Source: Nitrospirota bacterium (GTDB taxonomy: Bacteria; Nitrospirota; UBA9217). From it: DNA of 64,000 bases. The position numbers and the translations under genes were made by a program. The stretch covers positions 160,001 through 224,000 of the forward strand of contig CAWFSF010000002.1 in assembly GCA_963818475.1 (NCBI GenBank), read 5' to 3'. The notes under the pieces are model-generated. The model was not told the origin of the DNA and made no database searches. It was given only the letters and a program-made list of their open reading frames with translations. The stretch's first letter is position 1. Every line of letters starts with the position of its first letter. Shown here piece after piece: positions 51,017 through 62,726 of the stretch.

Positions 51017-51182
51017 GAGTTTAGCCTTTTACGAGATCGTCAATATTAATGCAAACGAATTAAATATTGTTACATCCAAGAAAGCCCCCCCTCGCCCTAC
51101 CCTCTCCCCGCTGGGGAGAGGACAAAGGTGAGGGGCAAATCAGTAACGAATCTAAATGCGTTTGTGTTAGTTCTGAATAATT

Positions 51183-51887
51183 ATGAAAACTCCGGCAGAC
51201 ATAATAGCAACGGCACTACAGGAAGGACGCGCGGCTCTCCTTGAACACGAGGCAAAAGAGATCGTTCGCAGCGCAGGGATCATGGTGCCCCGGTTTGAGG
51301 TTGCAGGCCCGGACGATCACGAGGCGATCGTGGCAGCCGCTGACAAGCTCGGTTTTCCCCTGGCGCTCAAGGCTGTTTCCGCCGATATTCTGCACAAGAC
51401 CGATGCCGGCGCGGTGATGCTGAACATCGCGAACCGGTCGGCGCTTGCGGCGTCCATACCGGCAATGAAGAACATGATCGCGGCCCGGGCGCCGGGCGCG
51501 GTGATACGGCTTTTCCTCCTGGAGAAGATGATGCCTGCTGGATTGGAGCTTTTGATCGGCGGATTGCGCGACGAGCAGTTCGGACCGTCAGTCGCCTTTG
51601 GGCTCGGCGGGGTCTGGGTCGAGGCGCTTCAGGATGCGGTTTTCGGCATTCTGCCCATGACGCGGCAGGAGCAGCTCGCCATGATCGCTGAAACAAAGGC
51701 CGGCGCGTTCATGAAAGGATTCCGCGGAAGCGCGCCGCTCGATCTGGAGGCGGCGCTTGCAGCGATCAACGCCGTCTCGTCCCTCCTGACCAGCCACCCC
51801 GAGATCGTCGAGATCGACCTGAATCCGGTCCGGCTTTACCCGAGGGGCGCTGTGGCACTGGATACGAGGATCGTGCTGCGGCGCTAG
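51183..51887 (+). CDS. ADP-forming acyl-CoA synthetase beta subunit (ATP-grasp)
   Basis: GFPLALK, HKTDAGAV, FGLGG, EIDLNP. Confidence 0.9.
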   Translation: MKTPADIIATALQEGRAALLEHEAKEIVRSAGIMVPRFEVAGPDDHEAIVAAADKLGFPLALKAVSADILHKTDAGAVMLNIANRSALAASIPAMKNMIAARAPGAVIRLFLLEKMMPAGLELLIGGLRDEQFGPSVAFGLGGVWVEALQDAVFGILPMTRQEQLAMIAETKAGAFMKGFRGSAPLDLEAALAAINAVSSLLTSHPEIVEIDLNPVRLYPRGAVALDTRIVLRR

Positions 51888-51910
51888 GGTGGAAGGTTGT
51901 CCCAAGTGCT

Positions 51911-51998
51911 GTCATTGCGAGGAGCGAAGCGACGCGGCAATCTCAATTTATCAGACGGCGACAAACTGCGAGATTGCTTCGCCACGCTCGCAAAGACG
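51911..51998. repeat. REP-like palindrome between convergent genes
   Basis: GTCATTGCGAGGAGCGAAGCGACGCGGCAATCTC ... GAGATTGCTTCGCCACGCTCGCAAAGAC. Confidence 0.75.
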
Positions 51999-52036
51999 GC
52001 TTAAAGGATAGCATGGTAAAGCAATATCGTTTCTGC

Positions 52037-52963
52037 CTAAGAAAGGTTCAGCTGGCGGGACAACTGCTCACCTGCCTCGCGAAGTGTTTTCTCTCCCTTG
52101 ACCTCCTTAAGCGAGTACGGCAGCGTAGCAACGGGCAGGCTGCCCGCCATTCGTTTGAGGTCTGTCATATACGGCTGTTGTGCCTGGAACATGGAGTCCA
52201 GGGCAGGAGAGTCGGGGTTCTCAATGACCCGGTTTATTACCAGGCCCTGAACTGAGAGGTTATATTCCCTCAGCGTGTCCATGAGCCGTTCCACATGCCT
52301 GACCACCAATGCCTCGGGGTTCGCAACCACAACAAACCTCGACCTGCTCTGGATAAAGCCCGCGATCCGCTCCGACAACGCGATCCATTCGTCCATGGTG
52401 TCGGAAATGGACCGCGTCCCGGTGATGCGCCTGCCGATTTTGTCCAGCCCTTCGAAGACACGCGCTCCGGCCCGAAGATGTTTTCTGATGAACTTTGGCA
52501 TATTCAGAAGGTTGAGGGTCTCGCCGGCCGGCGCCGTGTCCCAGACGACCCGGTCATAGTTCCCGGTATCGACCGTATCAACGATGAGGTCAAGCATGGT
52601 CTCTTCCCTGAGCGACGGCGCAGAACCGATATAATCGAGCAGCTGGTGCCGCGACTCGCTGTCAAGGGCGTCAAGATCGATGAGTTGGGAGAGGATATCG
52701 TAGAAATCGCGGCTGAATTTCTTTTTCCACCGCGCCACGATGGCATCCTGCCCGATCTCGACAGCGGACAGGTTCTCCGCGATCGTGGTAACGGAATCCC
52801 CGATCTGCAGTTCATAAATATCGGACAGGGACGGCGTCAGGTCTGACGTCATGATGATGGTCTTTTTGCCCGAGGCAGCGAACCAGGCAGCCACCGCAGC
52901 CGAGCACGTGGTCTTTCCTACGCCGCCTTTGCCGCCAAAAAGGATGATCGGGGTTTCTGTCAT
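52037..52963 (-). CDS. ArsA/GET3-family ATPase (single domain)
   Basis: GGKGGVGKTT, SLSD, DTAP. Confidence 0.9.
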   Translation of the reverse strand: MTETPIILFGGKGGVGKTTCSAAVAAWFAASGKKTIIMTSDLTPSLSDIYELQIGDSVTTIAENLSAVEIGQDAIVARWKKKFSRDFYDILSQLIDLDALDSESRHQLLDYIGSAPSLREETMLDLIVDTVDTGNYDRVVWDTAPAGETLNLLNMPKFIRKHLRAGARVFEGLDKIGRRITGTRSISDTMDEWIALSERIAGFIQSRSRFVVVANPEALVVRHVERLMDTLREYNLSVQGLVINRVIENPDSPALDSMFQAQQPYMTDLKRMAGSLPVATLPYSLKEVKGEKTLREAGEQLSRQLNLS

Positions 52964-53096
52964 AGTATTGTGCGCTCTCCCGGCCGGTCGCCATGTTGTG
53001 GTACCCGCACAGATTCAAGCCATTACTTAAATCGCTGATGTGCGAAAAAAGGTCCCCATTCCGCAATCCGAAATCCGCATTCCGCAATTGCCACTG

Positions 53097-53825
53097 CTAG
53101 GGGATGGTCCTTACCTTGTCCTCCGGATAGCTGGTCACCACGGTTTTCAAAGGCAGGGCCTCGGCGCCGGAGTAGGAGTAGTCCGTACGCACGAGCTCTA
53201 CGGGGCTGTCTCCCGGCGCATACATCCGCATTGACGCGATCCTTCCCTGTTCGTCGTATTCATAGCGTGTATAGGAAACCACGTTCTCCCGGGCATTGAC
53301 GATCACCTTTTTCAGTTCTGCCGCAGCCTCAGGGATGCTTGTTGCCACCCCCACGGCGAAGCCGACCACGCTGCCGACTGCCACGGGTACGAGTTTGACC
53401 GTAAGATACCCTGCCAGCGCCTCGAGCGACCCGGGATATCCCTGCATGCCCTGCGTCAAGGCCAAGCCGCCCTGAAATCCATCGCCGGTCCAGCGGTAGA
53501 TCACGTCAAAGGGCCTGCTCATGTCCGGCCCTTCCTCGCCGCGCACAACAATGTCGTAGGATTGATACGGACGGCCTGCAAGATAACTCACCAGCGTAAA
53601 CTGCTCGCCTGCCCTGGAAGGCCGATGTTCCAGCGGCACTCCGAAAAAAGGCCTGCCTTTCACGTCATACTCGATGCGTTTTAGCATCGTTATTTTCTGC
53701 GCAGTATCGCTCCAGCCCGAGCTTGCAGTAAGATCGACCCGCCCGGTCATGCAGCCGGACAGGAAGAAGAGGCCAAGCAGCAGGCATTTCGTTCTCTTGG
53801 TGCGAAAACATTCACTAGTCGTCAT
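53097..53825 (-). CDS. Hypothetical lipoprotein
   Basis: LSG-C lipobox; ATGA overlap with the upstream gene. Confidence 0.65.
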   Translation of the reverse strand: MTTSECFRTKRTKCLLLGLFFLSGCMTGRVDLTASSGWSDTAQKITMLKRIEYDVKGRPFFGVPLEHRPSRAGEQFTLVSYLAGRPYQSYDIVVRGEEGPDMSRPFDVIYRWTGDGFQGGLALTQGMQGYPGSLEALAGYLTVKLVPVAVGSVVGFAVGVATSIPEAAAELKKVIVNARENVVSYTRYEYDEQGRIASMRMYAPGDSPVELVRTDYSYSGAEALPLKTVVTSYPEDKVRTIP

Positions 53826-54961
53826 TGTTTTCTCACGAGCTGTATGACCGTGACCTCCGGTGGAGCGAGAAATCGTATCGGAGGCCCCCAGGTGCCGGCG
53901 CCGCGGCTCGTGTAGACGACCGAGCCCTTGCCCACGTCGTACCGTCCCGCTTGGAGCGGATGGGCGCGCTGGCTTAAGTAGGTGAAGGGCCAGATCTGGC
54001 CCTTGTGCGTGTGGCCCGACAGCATGAGGTCGTACATACCGATTGCGTCCGGGTCCGGATGGGGCTGGTGCTTCAGGAAGAGGACAAACTTCTTCGACCG
54101 GTCGGTCCTGGCCAACGCCTCGCGGTCCGGCGCGGGCGTCCCGGTCTTGGTCTGGATGGCCGCCCGGTCGTCCACCCCGGCGATCTGGATGACCCCGAGG
54201 TCTCTCGATTCGCCTCTCAGCACGGTGAAACCTGAGTGGTGGAGAAGCTCCAGCGCCTTGTCGAGGCCGGCATAGTACTCGTGGTTCCCCGTCACGGCGA
54301 ACTTGCCGTATTGCGGATGGATTTCCTGCAAGAGCTCGCGCAAACCCGGCAAGTGATTGATTTGGGCATCCACGAGGTCGCCGGTGACGACGAGAATGTC
54401 CGGCTTGGCTGCTTTCACCGCTTCCAGTATCGCCACCAGGCGATCGCACCGCACGATGAGGCCAAGATGCACATCCGATATCTGGGCGATAGTGACCTTG
54501 TCCGTGCCCCTGGGCAGCCGGTCCGTCTCGAAGACGAGCCGCTCGGTCCGGATGTTCTGCGCGTCGAAATAGCCGTAGACGCAGATCAGAGCCGACAGGG
54601 AGAGCGATAGCACAAAGGAAAGCCTTGGCGGAACGCGCAGAAGGAACGGGCCCTGCCCACCGAGCCATGCCGGCACCCGAAGCGCGAGGTTCACGAGGTC
54701 GATCACGACGGAACTGCAGAAGAAGAGGAAGATGAGTGCCATCCAGAGGTAGGCGATCCAGGACAGGGTGCGTGCCGAAAGCTCGAACTCGTTCCGCTCC
54801 AGCGAACGGATGAGGAACACGGCCCCGACCATGAAGACCATGAAGAGCGCGACGACGATGCCCGTGCCCCATCCGAACCCGAAAGCCTGCCGCGCCTTCA
54901 GGAACGCGTAGGCGTGGATACCTCCGTACACGCCGAATACAAAGAAAAAGAAAAGGATCAT
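53822..54961 (-). CDS. Membrane-anchored metallophosphoesterase (YkuE-like)
   Basis: SDVHLG, GDLVD, GNHE, GHTH motifs after 4 TM helices. Confidence 0.92.
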   Translation of the reverse strand: MILFFFFVFGVYGGIHAYAFLKARQAFGFGWGTGIVVALFMVFMVGAVFLIRSLERNEFELSARTLSWIAYLWMALIFLFFCSSVVIDLVNLALRVPAWLGGQGPFLLRVPPRLSFVLSLSLSALICVYGYFDAQNIRTERLVFETDRLPRGTDKVTIAQISDVHLGLIVRCDRLVAILEAVKAAKPDILVVTGDLVDAQINHLPGLRELLQEIHPQYGKFAVTGNHEYYAGLDKALELLHHSGFTVLRGESRDLGVIQIAGVDDRAAIQTKTGTPAPDREALARTDRSKKFVLFLKHQPHPDPDAIGMYDLMLSGHTHKGQIWPFTYLSQRAHPLQAGRYDVGKGSVVYTSRGAGTWGPPIRFLAPPEVTVIQLVRKQ

Positions 54962-56038
54962 CTGCCGAAACTCACCCCCATGCCCTCGGCGACCTTCACG
55001 AGCTCGTCTTCGGGGTCGACCAGCTTGAGCTGGCTGATCGCCTGCTCGAGCGGCACCGAGGTGATGATCGGCGGCTGATAGGAGACCATTTCCCCGAATT
55101 TCTTCTGGGCGATAAGCTCCACGGCATGGGCGCCGTAGCGCGTGGCCAGCAGCCGGTCAAAGGGACAGGGACTGCCTCCGCGCTGCAAGTGGCCGAGCAC
55201 GGTCACGCGCGTTTCGAAGCTTGTGCGTTTGCTGATCTCATTCGCTACGATCTCGCCCATGCCGCCGAGTCTCAGGACGTATCCGTCTGCACGCCTTCTC
55301 GCGCACCGCCATTTCTCCGCCCGCGGGCTTGGCGCCCTCGGCCACCACCACGATGCTCGACTTGCTTCCCGCTTTTTTCCGTTCCAGGAGCCTTTCCGTC
55401 ACCTTATCGATACTGAAAGGGATCTCGGGGATCAGGATGACGTGGGCGCTGCCTGACATGCCGGCCTGCAGAGCGATCCATCCGGCATACCTTCCCATCA
55501 CCTCGAGAATAATGACCCGCTGGTGGCTCTCCGCTGTGGTATGGAGTTTGTCGAGCGCTTCAGTTGCCGTGTCCACGGCGGTCTGGAAGCCGAAGGTCAC
55601 GTGCGTGGCCATAAGGTCGTTGTCGATGGTCTTGGGGACGCCGATCACCGGGATCCCCAGTTTGTTGAGCCCGTTGCCGATCTTGAGAGAACCGTCACCG
55701 CCGATGACCACGAGACAGTCCAGCCCGAGTTCCCGGATATTGGCGATGACCACGGCGGACATGTCCTCGACGATCTCCCTGCCGTTCATCACGGTCTTGT
55801 ACGCAAAGGGATTGCCGCGGTTCGTCGTCCCCAGGATCGTGCCGCCGACGAACAGAATGCCCCTCGTGTTCCACGAGGTGAGCGGGCGCGTTTTCGTCGG
55901 GCTGAGCAGACCTTCGAATCCGTCTATGATGCCGGTCACTTCCCAGCCGTACTTGAAGATGGCGGTCTTCGTGACCGCGCGGATCACTGCATTAAGACCG
56001 GGCGCGTCGCCCCCGCCTGACAGAATTCCGATACGCAT
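54958..56038 (-). CDS. pfkA: 6-phosphofructokinase (frameshift near 55285)
   Basis: [33 protein letters not shown]. Confidence 0.9.
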
Positions 56039-56117
56039 GATTGCCTCCGAATGAAAATATGGATCATGGGTCAAGTAGCATGGGTCAAGTTGAAGACAGC
56101 TCAACCGGAAATCCTTG

Positions 56118-56972
56118 CTATTTGCTACTTGCTGCTTGACCTGTGTTTTTTATTCCCAGCAGCTTCGCACCGCTCTCGCAGGCGATCTTCATCACCTGAA
56201 CGCGAGGTATTCCCGCCTGCTCAAACAGCTCGATCTCGGAATCATAGGTCTCACGGTAGGCGGGATCGGGAAGCACGCAATCCGTGCCAATGGCGAGCGG
56301 GACGCCGATCGAATGGGCATAGCGCAGCATCGATCGCTGCGACAGGATCAGCTGCTCGACGAACTGGACGGTATCAGACGCGGCAGACGATCCAGCCGCG
56401 CGCCGCAGGGCGACCAGGGTCGGCACCCAGAAAATGTCCTTCGCAGCCATGAGATCAAGCGCCCGTTCCGTCATGAAAAACCCGTGCTCGATGGACCGCA
56501 CGCCGGCAGAAGCAGCGGCAATGATCGCCTGCTCTCCGTTTGCATGCGCCATGACACCGAGACCCTGTGCCGCTCCCGCGTTCACCAGGCATGCCAGTTC
56601 TTCGCTGCTGAACCCGCCCGCAGTGACCTGGCCGGGACGCTTGAAGCTTACCATGCCTGATGCCATGGTTTTGATTATACCAGCTCCGGCGCGTTTCAGG
56701 CGAAGGATCTCGGTCGGTATCTGGTCCGGTGTTGATATTGCTACGCCGAAGGCGGATCCATAGCCGCCCTGGCGATACAACGCCCAGCCGCTTGCAAGTA
56801 CGGCCGGCCCGTACTCCCTGGCGATGATGCCGTGTTCGACATTCCGCTTGAAACCGGCATCGCGAAGCGCCCTGATCCCAGCGGACGCAGCGCAGTCAAG
56901 CCCTGATGTTTCCTTGAGGTGCACATGGGCATCAACGAGGCCGCTCATGGTTGTGGATGGTTGAGAGGGCAT
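56118..56972 (-). CDS. Metal-dependent amidohydrolase
   Basis: GLVDAHVH, MAHA, SIEHG, IGTD. Confidence 0.85.
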   Translation of the reverse strand: MPSQPSTTMSGLVDAHVHLKETSGLDCAASAGIRALRDAGFKRNVEHGIIAREYGPAVLASGWALYRQGGYGSAFGVAISTPDQIPTEILRLKRAGAGIIKTMASGMVSFKRPGQVTAGGFSSEELACLVNAGAAQGLGVMAHANGEQAIIAAASAGVRSIEHGFFMTERALDLMAAKDIFWVPTLVALRRAAGSSAASDTVQFVEQLILSQRSMLRYAHSIGVPLAIGTDCVLPDPAYRETYDSEIELFEQAGIPRVQVMKIACESGAKLLGIKNTGQAASSK

Positions 56973-56989
56973 GGTAAAACGCCCGGAGG

Positions 56990-57686
56990 TTATGGGCTGA
57001 TCATCCCCTTATCGCGGAAACTGAAGTGCGTGCCGTCGCCGATAATGATATGGTCGAGCACCCGGATGCCGAGCACCTCGCCGGCCTGCACCAGCCGTTT
57101 CGTGAGCAGAATATCTTCCTGGCTCGGCCGGGTATCGCCGCTCGGATGGTTATGGATGAAAATGACCGCGGCTGCCGATTCCCTGATTGCTGCCTTAAAG
57201 GTGTCGCGGGGATGCACGATCGATGCGGATAGGCTGCCGACCGAGACCTCCTCGTCCCGGATGATCTTGTTCTTGGTATCGAGCAGGGCGCACCGGAATA
57301 CCTCTTTTTTGAGGTCCTTCATGCGCGGGCGGTAATAGCCGATGACATCGTCGCAGGAACAGAACGACTCGCCCGCGAGCGACGGAAGCTGGTATCGCTT
57401 CCCGATCTCGATGGCCGCTTTGATCTCGGCTGCCTTTGCCGGTCCGATGCCGTTGACGCCGCAGATCTCGGTAATGCTCGCCTGGCCAAGCCCCGCGAGG
57501 CCGCCGAATTGCGCCAAAAGCTCCATGCTCAGGTCGAGCGCGGTGCGGCCCGCCTTGCCGCTCCTGATGATGATCGCAAGCAGGTGGGCATCTGACAATG
57601 ACGACGGGCCATGGGCGATCAGCCGTTCGCGCGGCCGTTCGTCCTCGGGCCAGTGCTTTGACCGTCCGGAGCTGGGTATCGGGCAT
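56990..57686 (-). CDS. radC: RadC/JAB-domain protein (frameshift near 57658)
   Basis: WPEDERPRERL, VHPRD, HNHPSGD, LDHIIIG; GAGGTG RBS before ATG at 57686. Confidence 0.9.
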
Positions 57687-57806
57687 TTCACCTCGGGTGC
57701 TGGAGTAGGAACGAATTTCGTTAAAGTATAGAGGTGATGAAAAATGCTGTCAAATAAAAAAGACGACCCCTGAGGGGCCGCCTTCTCGCCATGCACTGTT
57801 ATTTTG

Positions 57807-57935
57807 TCATACCCTCACAAACGCATCCTTCGGAGCGTTGCAGACCGGGCAGGCCCAGTCATCGGGCAGGTCTTCGAATTTTTTTCCTTCTTTCGCTTCT
57901 TCGTAGATATAGCCGCATACGGTACATCGCCACAT
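57807..57935 (-). CDS. Rubredoxin (42 aa, absent from the ORF track)
   Basis: Manual translation [42 protein letters not shown]; GGAGG RBS. Confidence 0.95.
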   Translation of the reverse strand: MWRCTVCGYIYEEAKEGKKFEDLPDDWACPVCNAPKDAFVRV

Positions 57936-58101
57936 ATTAACCTCCCTAACTCCAAATTTTAAATTTCAAAAAACAAATACCAAATAATATCGAATATTCA
58001 AATACCAATGGCCGAACGTTTGAAGCTTGATCTTTGGAGCTTGTAATTTACTTGCTATTTGATGCTTGGTGATTGGGATTTATTATTTTAACATCACAAC
58101 A

Positions 58102-59344
58102 TTATTTGCATTGGCCGGAACCAGTGCCATCGAATTTTTTGTGGTACTCGATGGTCTTCTCCGCAAACTGCTTCCCGAACTCGAAGCATTTTTTTTCGTC
58201 GTCGGGACTCGGCCGGTAGAGGACCTCGACCCCTGGTTCGACTGTGTCCAGCCCCATCTTTTTGAAGGCCTCGTATACTTCTTTCACCGCCCCACCGCCC
58301 CAGCCAAAGCTCCCGAACGCTCCGACAAGCCGGTTCTTCGGTCGGAGCCCCCGAAGATGCGCCAGGAATTCGGCAACAGTCGGGAACATTATATTGTTGA
58401 GCGTAGGCGTGCCCACAAGCATAGCCCGCGACTCCCAGATCCGTTTGATCGCCACGCTCATGGGCGTGGACCGGAGCTTGATCACATCGACATCGACGCC
58501 GGCTGACTTGATCCCCTCCATGATCGGGATGGTCATGTGCTCGGTGCTGTGCCACATGGTGTCATATACGATCACGACCCGGAGGTCGGCCTTGTCGTTC
58601 GCCATGTCAAGGTACATCTGCAGGATCTTGCCCGGGTCCTTTCTCCAGATGATGCCGTGGTCCGGAGCGATCATGTCGATGGCCAGACCCAGTTTCTGCA
58701 CCTCGGCGATCTTGTTCTTGATCAGCGCGCCGAACGGCATGAGGATGTTCGCGTAGTAGTCGCGGACCGCGTGCTCAAGGGCCGACACGGAATACTGATC
58801 GCAGTATTCATCGTCGAACCGGGCGGACGAAGCGATATGCTGCCCGAAGGCATCCTGGCTGATGAGCAGCTTGTCCTCGGCTACGTAGCTCATCATGGAG
58901 TCAGGCCAGTGGAGCATCGGCGTTTCGAGGAAGGTGATGGTCTTCGTGCCGGTCGAGAGCGTATGGCCGGTCTTGACGATCTTGAACTTCCATCTGCGAA
59001 GTGTCGTAGAACCGGTCCAGCCCTTTTTTGCCGCGCTCCGTGATATGGATCAGGGCGTTCGGCGCCAGCTCCATGATCCGGTCGATGCTGGTCATGTGAT
59101 CGTTCTCAATGTGGTTGATGACCACATATTCGATCTTTGACGGATCCACGAGGCCGCGAATATTATCAAGCGTATATTCGCAAAAATCGTGTTTCACCGT
59201 ATCGACAAGCGTCACATGTTCATCGAGAATGAGATAGTTGTTGTACGACGTTCCGTGCGGCGTTATGTAGCCGTGAAAATCGCGCACCGCCCAGTCGACG
59301 GCGCCGACCCAGAATATCTTCGGTTTTATTTCTACAGCACCCAT
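58102..59344 (-). CDS. fprA: Flavodiiron protein (A-type flavoprotein), frameshift near 58995
   Basis: GTSYNNYLI, NHIENDH, LHWPDSM, DAFGQH, APDHG, flavodoxin FGSFGWGG. Confidence 0.92.
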
Positions 59345-59407
59345 GGGGGCCTCCTGTTGTGATCTCTCCTGATTGAACGGTCATTCACCGGCATGCCCCA
59401 CTGCAGG

Positions 59408-59827
59408 TCAGGCGTTCTTTTGCGCCTTGCGGCATGCCGGGCAGATCCCGTAAAACTCAACGTGATTTCCGAGAATAGAGAAGTTCTGTGCAACCTCTTT
59501 GGGCAGGTCGATGGATATTTCCTCAGGCACATCGACCACCTTTTTGCAGGTTACGCAAATGATATGGTGGTGAGCGCCGGTATTCGGGTCATAGCGCTTT
59601 CGTGAAGGATCAATGGTAATTTCCCGCAACGCCCCTGCCTTGGACAGGGTATTAAGCGTATTGTACACGGTGGCAAAGGAGAGAGCCTTCTCTTTCCCCA
59701 CAACGGCGTGAAAAATCTCTTCCGCGGAAGGGTGGGAGGTGTTTCCGTCCAGATAAGCGAGAATGGCGAGCCTTTGCGGGGTGCGCTTGAACCCCTTTTC
59801 AAGCCCTATTTTGATTGCCTGCTTCAT
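59408..59827 (-). CDS. perR: Fur-family regulator, PerR-like
   Basis: TPQRLAI, HPSAEEI, ATVYNTL, HHHIICVTC, CPAC; heads fprA-rubredoxin. Confidence 0.85.
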   Translation of the reverse strand: MKQAIKIGLEKGFKRTPQRLAILAYLDGNTSHPSAEEIFHAVVGKEKALSFATVYNTLNTLSKAGALREITIDPSRKRYDPNTGAHHHIICVTCKKVVDVPEEISIDLPKEVAQNFSILGNHVEFYGICPACRKAQKNA

Positions 59828-59836
59828 GGTTATAAC

Positions 59837-59873
59837 TTAGAATTAATATAAATTATCAGGGTCATGCTGTCAA
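59837..59873 (-). promoter_or_regulatory. Sigma70 promoter overlapped by a Per box
   Basis: TTGACA(59873-59868)-17 bp-TATATT; TTAGAATTAATATAA at 59837-59851 has two mismatches to TTATAATnATTATAA. Confidence 0.7.
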
Positions 59874-59889
59874 GGGCTTTATATCTGGG

Positions 59890-61299
59890 TGTCAACCCAA
59901 AGTAGAAATGTCCTACTCTTACCAAGATAGAAATGTCCGCTTTTAGGAAGCAATTGGAAATTGTACATTTGCTCTGCGGAGTCTCTTCCATGGATGATCT
60001 GATGGTTGATACCGACTTGTCGGTTTCTTATTGACTGCCGGTGTTTTAGGGTTTTCTTTCGCTGGCCGTGTTTTGATCTCCCGATATGTTAATTCCAAGC
60101 CCCTGTGAGTGATATGCAGAGATCCATCGAGTCGTTCTTCCACTGCGACCTTTTGAGTCTTTATAGCGTCTTTGATCTGGTACAGTTTGCCATTATAAGC
60201 TATGGTGAAATCGTTCCGTAGCGTACGCTCCTCTCGAATGCAGAAGATCTTGTCGAGTTCCCTTATGGATAGCGCGCGTTGGTGTACATCGGCTGCAGAA
60301 ACGGGTTTTACCTTGAATTTCGCATTGTATATTGGATGATACTTTATCAGGAATTCGTTTGCCTGCACAACACTGTTTACCCTGGCAAGCCTCATCTCTT
60401 TAACCAATCGATCCTGGAGCGTTCGAAAACTTCTTTCTATCCTGCCTTTTGCCTGGGGTGAATTCGCATGGATGACCGTTACCCCGAGTTCGGTTAGACT
60501 CCTTTCGAACTGGCTCATGGGTTTTCTATCTTCCAACTCATCCTCGATGCTCTGCTTGGCATTGGATTTATACGTTGAGTGCTTGTCCAAATAGACACTC
60601 TGTGGAATGCCGTAGCGCTTGATATACCGCTTGAAGCTATCCATGGCTGGCATGGTCCCCTCATAATCATAAAAGCGCCCATACACCGTTCCTGTGGCAT
60701 CATCGATATATCCCATTAATACGCTCTCAGGACCCCGGCCTTCGAACCAGGCATGATGGGAGCCATCCATCTGGAGCATTTCACCAAAATGATGCTTCCT
60801 CTCGCGCCATTGCCGGTGCTTTCTACCCTTGCGCTTCTCGTAAGGGATGCTTTCCTGATTAAGCCATAGACGGAGGGTTTCGTCGCTTAGCTTGATTTCA
60901 TGAACATCAAGAAGCTTCTCGCAGGCAAAGGTGGGGCCAAAATCACTGTATTTCTCCCGATACAGCTTGAGTGCCTTGTCTTTTACCTTCTGAGGGAATC
61001 GACGATTCGAGGTTTTGCCGCGGGATCGGTGACTGATGCCGTCGTCTCCCTCCTTCCGTACTCGTTTGAGTATCCGTCGAATCTGCCTGCTGCTCAAGCC
61101 TACAAGTTCAGCAGCTGTCTTCTGCGTGATCCTTTTATCCAATGCTTGGTGGATAATGTGCAGTCTTTTTGTTTCTCTCCTGCTCATAGTGATCATGTCC
61201 ATTTCTGTCACAGTACCCTCCAATTACATCAGGGTATTGTAACTTAGAATAGGACATTTCTACTTTGGGAGAATAGGACATTATCATTTTGGGAGTACA
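59890..61299 (-). mobile_element. IS1202-family (ISNCY) insertion sequence, copy 1
   Basis: TGT...ACA ends with repeated AAATGTCC/GGACATT subterminal motifs; flanked by 16-bp DR GGGCTTTATATCTGGG. Confidence 0.9.
59943..61223 (-). CDS. DDE transposase (IS1202/IS481-like)
   Basis: HTH, QMDGS, IDDATG, YLDKHS, SPQAKGRIER..TLQDRL. Confidence 0.93.
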   Translation of the reverse strand: MEGTVTEMDMITMSRRETKRLHIIHQALDKRITQKTAAELVGLSSRQIRRILKRVRKEGDDGISHRSRGKTSNRRFPQKVKDKALKLYREKYSDFGPTFACEKLLDVHEIKLSDETLRLWLNQESIPYEKRKGRKHRQWRERKHHFGEMLQMDGSHHAWFEGRGPESVLMGYIDDATGTVYGRFYDYEGTMPAMDSFKRYIKRYGIPQSVYLDKHSTYKSNAKQSIEDELEDRKPMSQFERSLTELGVTVIHANSPQAKGRIERSFRTLQDRLVKEMRLARVNSVVQANEFLIKYHPIYNAKFKVKPVSAADVHQRALSIRELDKIFCIREERTLRNDFTIAYNGKLYQIKDAIKTQKVAVEERLDGSLHITHRGLELTYREIKTRPAKENPKTPAVNKKPTSRYQPSDHPWKRLRRANVQFPIAS

Positions 61300-61315
61300 G
61301 GGCTTTATATCTGGG

Positions 61316-62726
61316 TGTCAACCCAAAGTAGAAATGTCCTACTCTTACCAAGATAGAAATGTCCGCTTTTAGGAAGCAATTGGAAATTGTACATTTGCTC
61401 TGCGGAGTCTCTTCCATGGATGATCTGATGGTTGATACCGACTTGTCGGTTTCTTATTGACTGCCGGTGTTTTAGGGTTTTCTTTCGCTGGCCGTGTTTT
61501 GATCTCCCGATATGTTAATTCCAAGCCCCTGTGAGTGATATGCAGAGATCCATCGAGTCGTTCTTCCACTGCGACCTTTTGAGTCTTTATAGCGTCTTTG
61601 ATCTGGTACAGTTTGCCATTATAAGCTATGGTGAAATCGTTCCGTAGCGTACGCTCCTCTCGAATGCAGAAGATCTTGTCGAGTTCCCTTATGGATAGCG
61701 CGCGTTGGTGTACATCGGCTGCAGAAACGGTTTTTACCTTGAATTTCGCATTGTATATTGGATGATACTTTATCAGGAATTCGTTTGCCTGCACAACACT
61801 GTTTACCCTGGCAAGCCTCATCTCTTTAACCAATCGATCCTGGAGCGTTCGAAAACTTCTTTCTATCCTGCCTTTTGCCTGGGGTGAATTCGCATGGATG
61901 ACCGTTACCCCGAGTTCGGTTAGACTCCTTTCGAACTGGCTCATGGGTTTTCTATCTTCCAACTCATCCTCGATGCTCTGCTTGGCATTGGATTTATACG
62001 TTGAGTGCTTGTCCAAATAGACACTCTGTGGAATGCCGTAGCGCTTGATATACCGCTTGAAGCTATCCATGGCTGGCATGGTCCCCTCATAATCATAAAA
62101 GCGCCCATACACCGTTCCTGTGGCATCATCGATATATCCCATTAATACGCTCTCAGGACCCCGGCCTTCGAACCAGGCATGATGGGAGCCATCCATCTGG
62201 AGCATTTCACCAAAATGATGCTTCCTCTCGCGCCATTGCCGGTGTCTTTCTACCCTTGCGCTTCTCGTAAGGGATGCTTTCCTGATTAAGCCATAGACGG
62301 AGGGTTTCGTCGCTTAGCTTGATTTCATGAACATCAAGAAGCTTCTCGCAGGCAAAGGTGGGGCCAAAATCACTGTATTTCTCCCGATACAGCTTGAGTG
62401 CCTTGTCTTTTGCCTTCTGAGGGAATCGACGATTCGAGGTTTTGCCGCGGGATCGGTGACTGATGCCGTCGTCTCCCTCCTTCCGTACTCGTTTGAGTAT
62501 CCGTCGAATCTGCCTGCTGCTCAAGCCTACAAGTTCAGCAGCTGTCTTCTGCGTGATCCTTTTATCCAATGCTTGGTGGATAATGTGCAGTCTTTTTGTT
62601 TCTCTCCTGCTCATAGTGATCATGTCCATTTCTGTCACAGTACCCTCCAATTACATCAGGGTATTGTAACTTAGAATAGGACATTTCTACTTTGGGAGAA
62701 TAGGACATTATCATTTTGGGAGTACA
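61316..62726 (-). mobile_element. IS1202-family insertion sequence, copy 2 (tandem)
   Basis: Near-identical to copy 1; DR copies at 61300-61315 and 62727-62742. Confidence 0.9.
61369..62650 (-). CDS. DDE transposase copy 2, frameshifted near 62245
   Basis: One extra base relative to copy 1 splits the ORF. Confidence 0.85.

Noticed and set aside
52037-52963. Arsenic resistance operon
   Set aside because: Single-domain ArsA-like ATPase with no arsB, acr3, arsC or arsD nearby
53826-54872. Long N-terminal part of the 591-aa ORF
   Set aside because: Alternate frame over the metallophosphoesterase; the real gene likely starts at 53825
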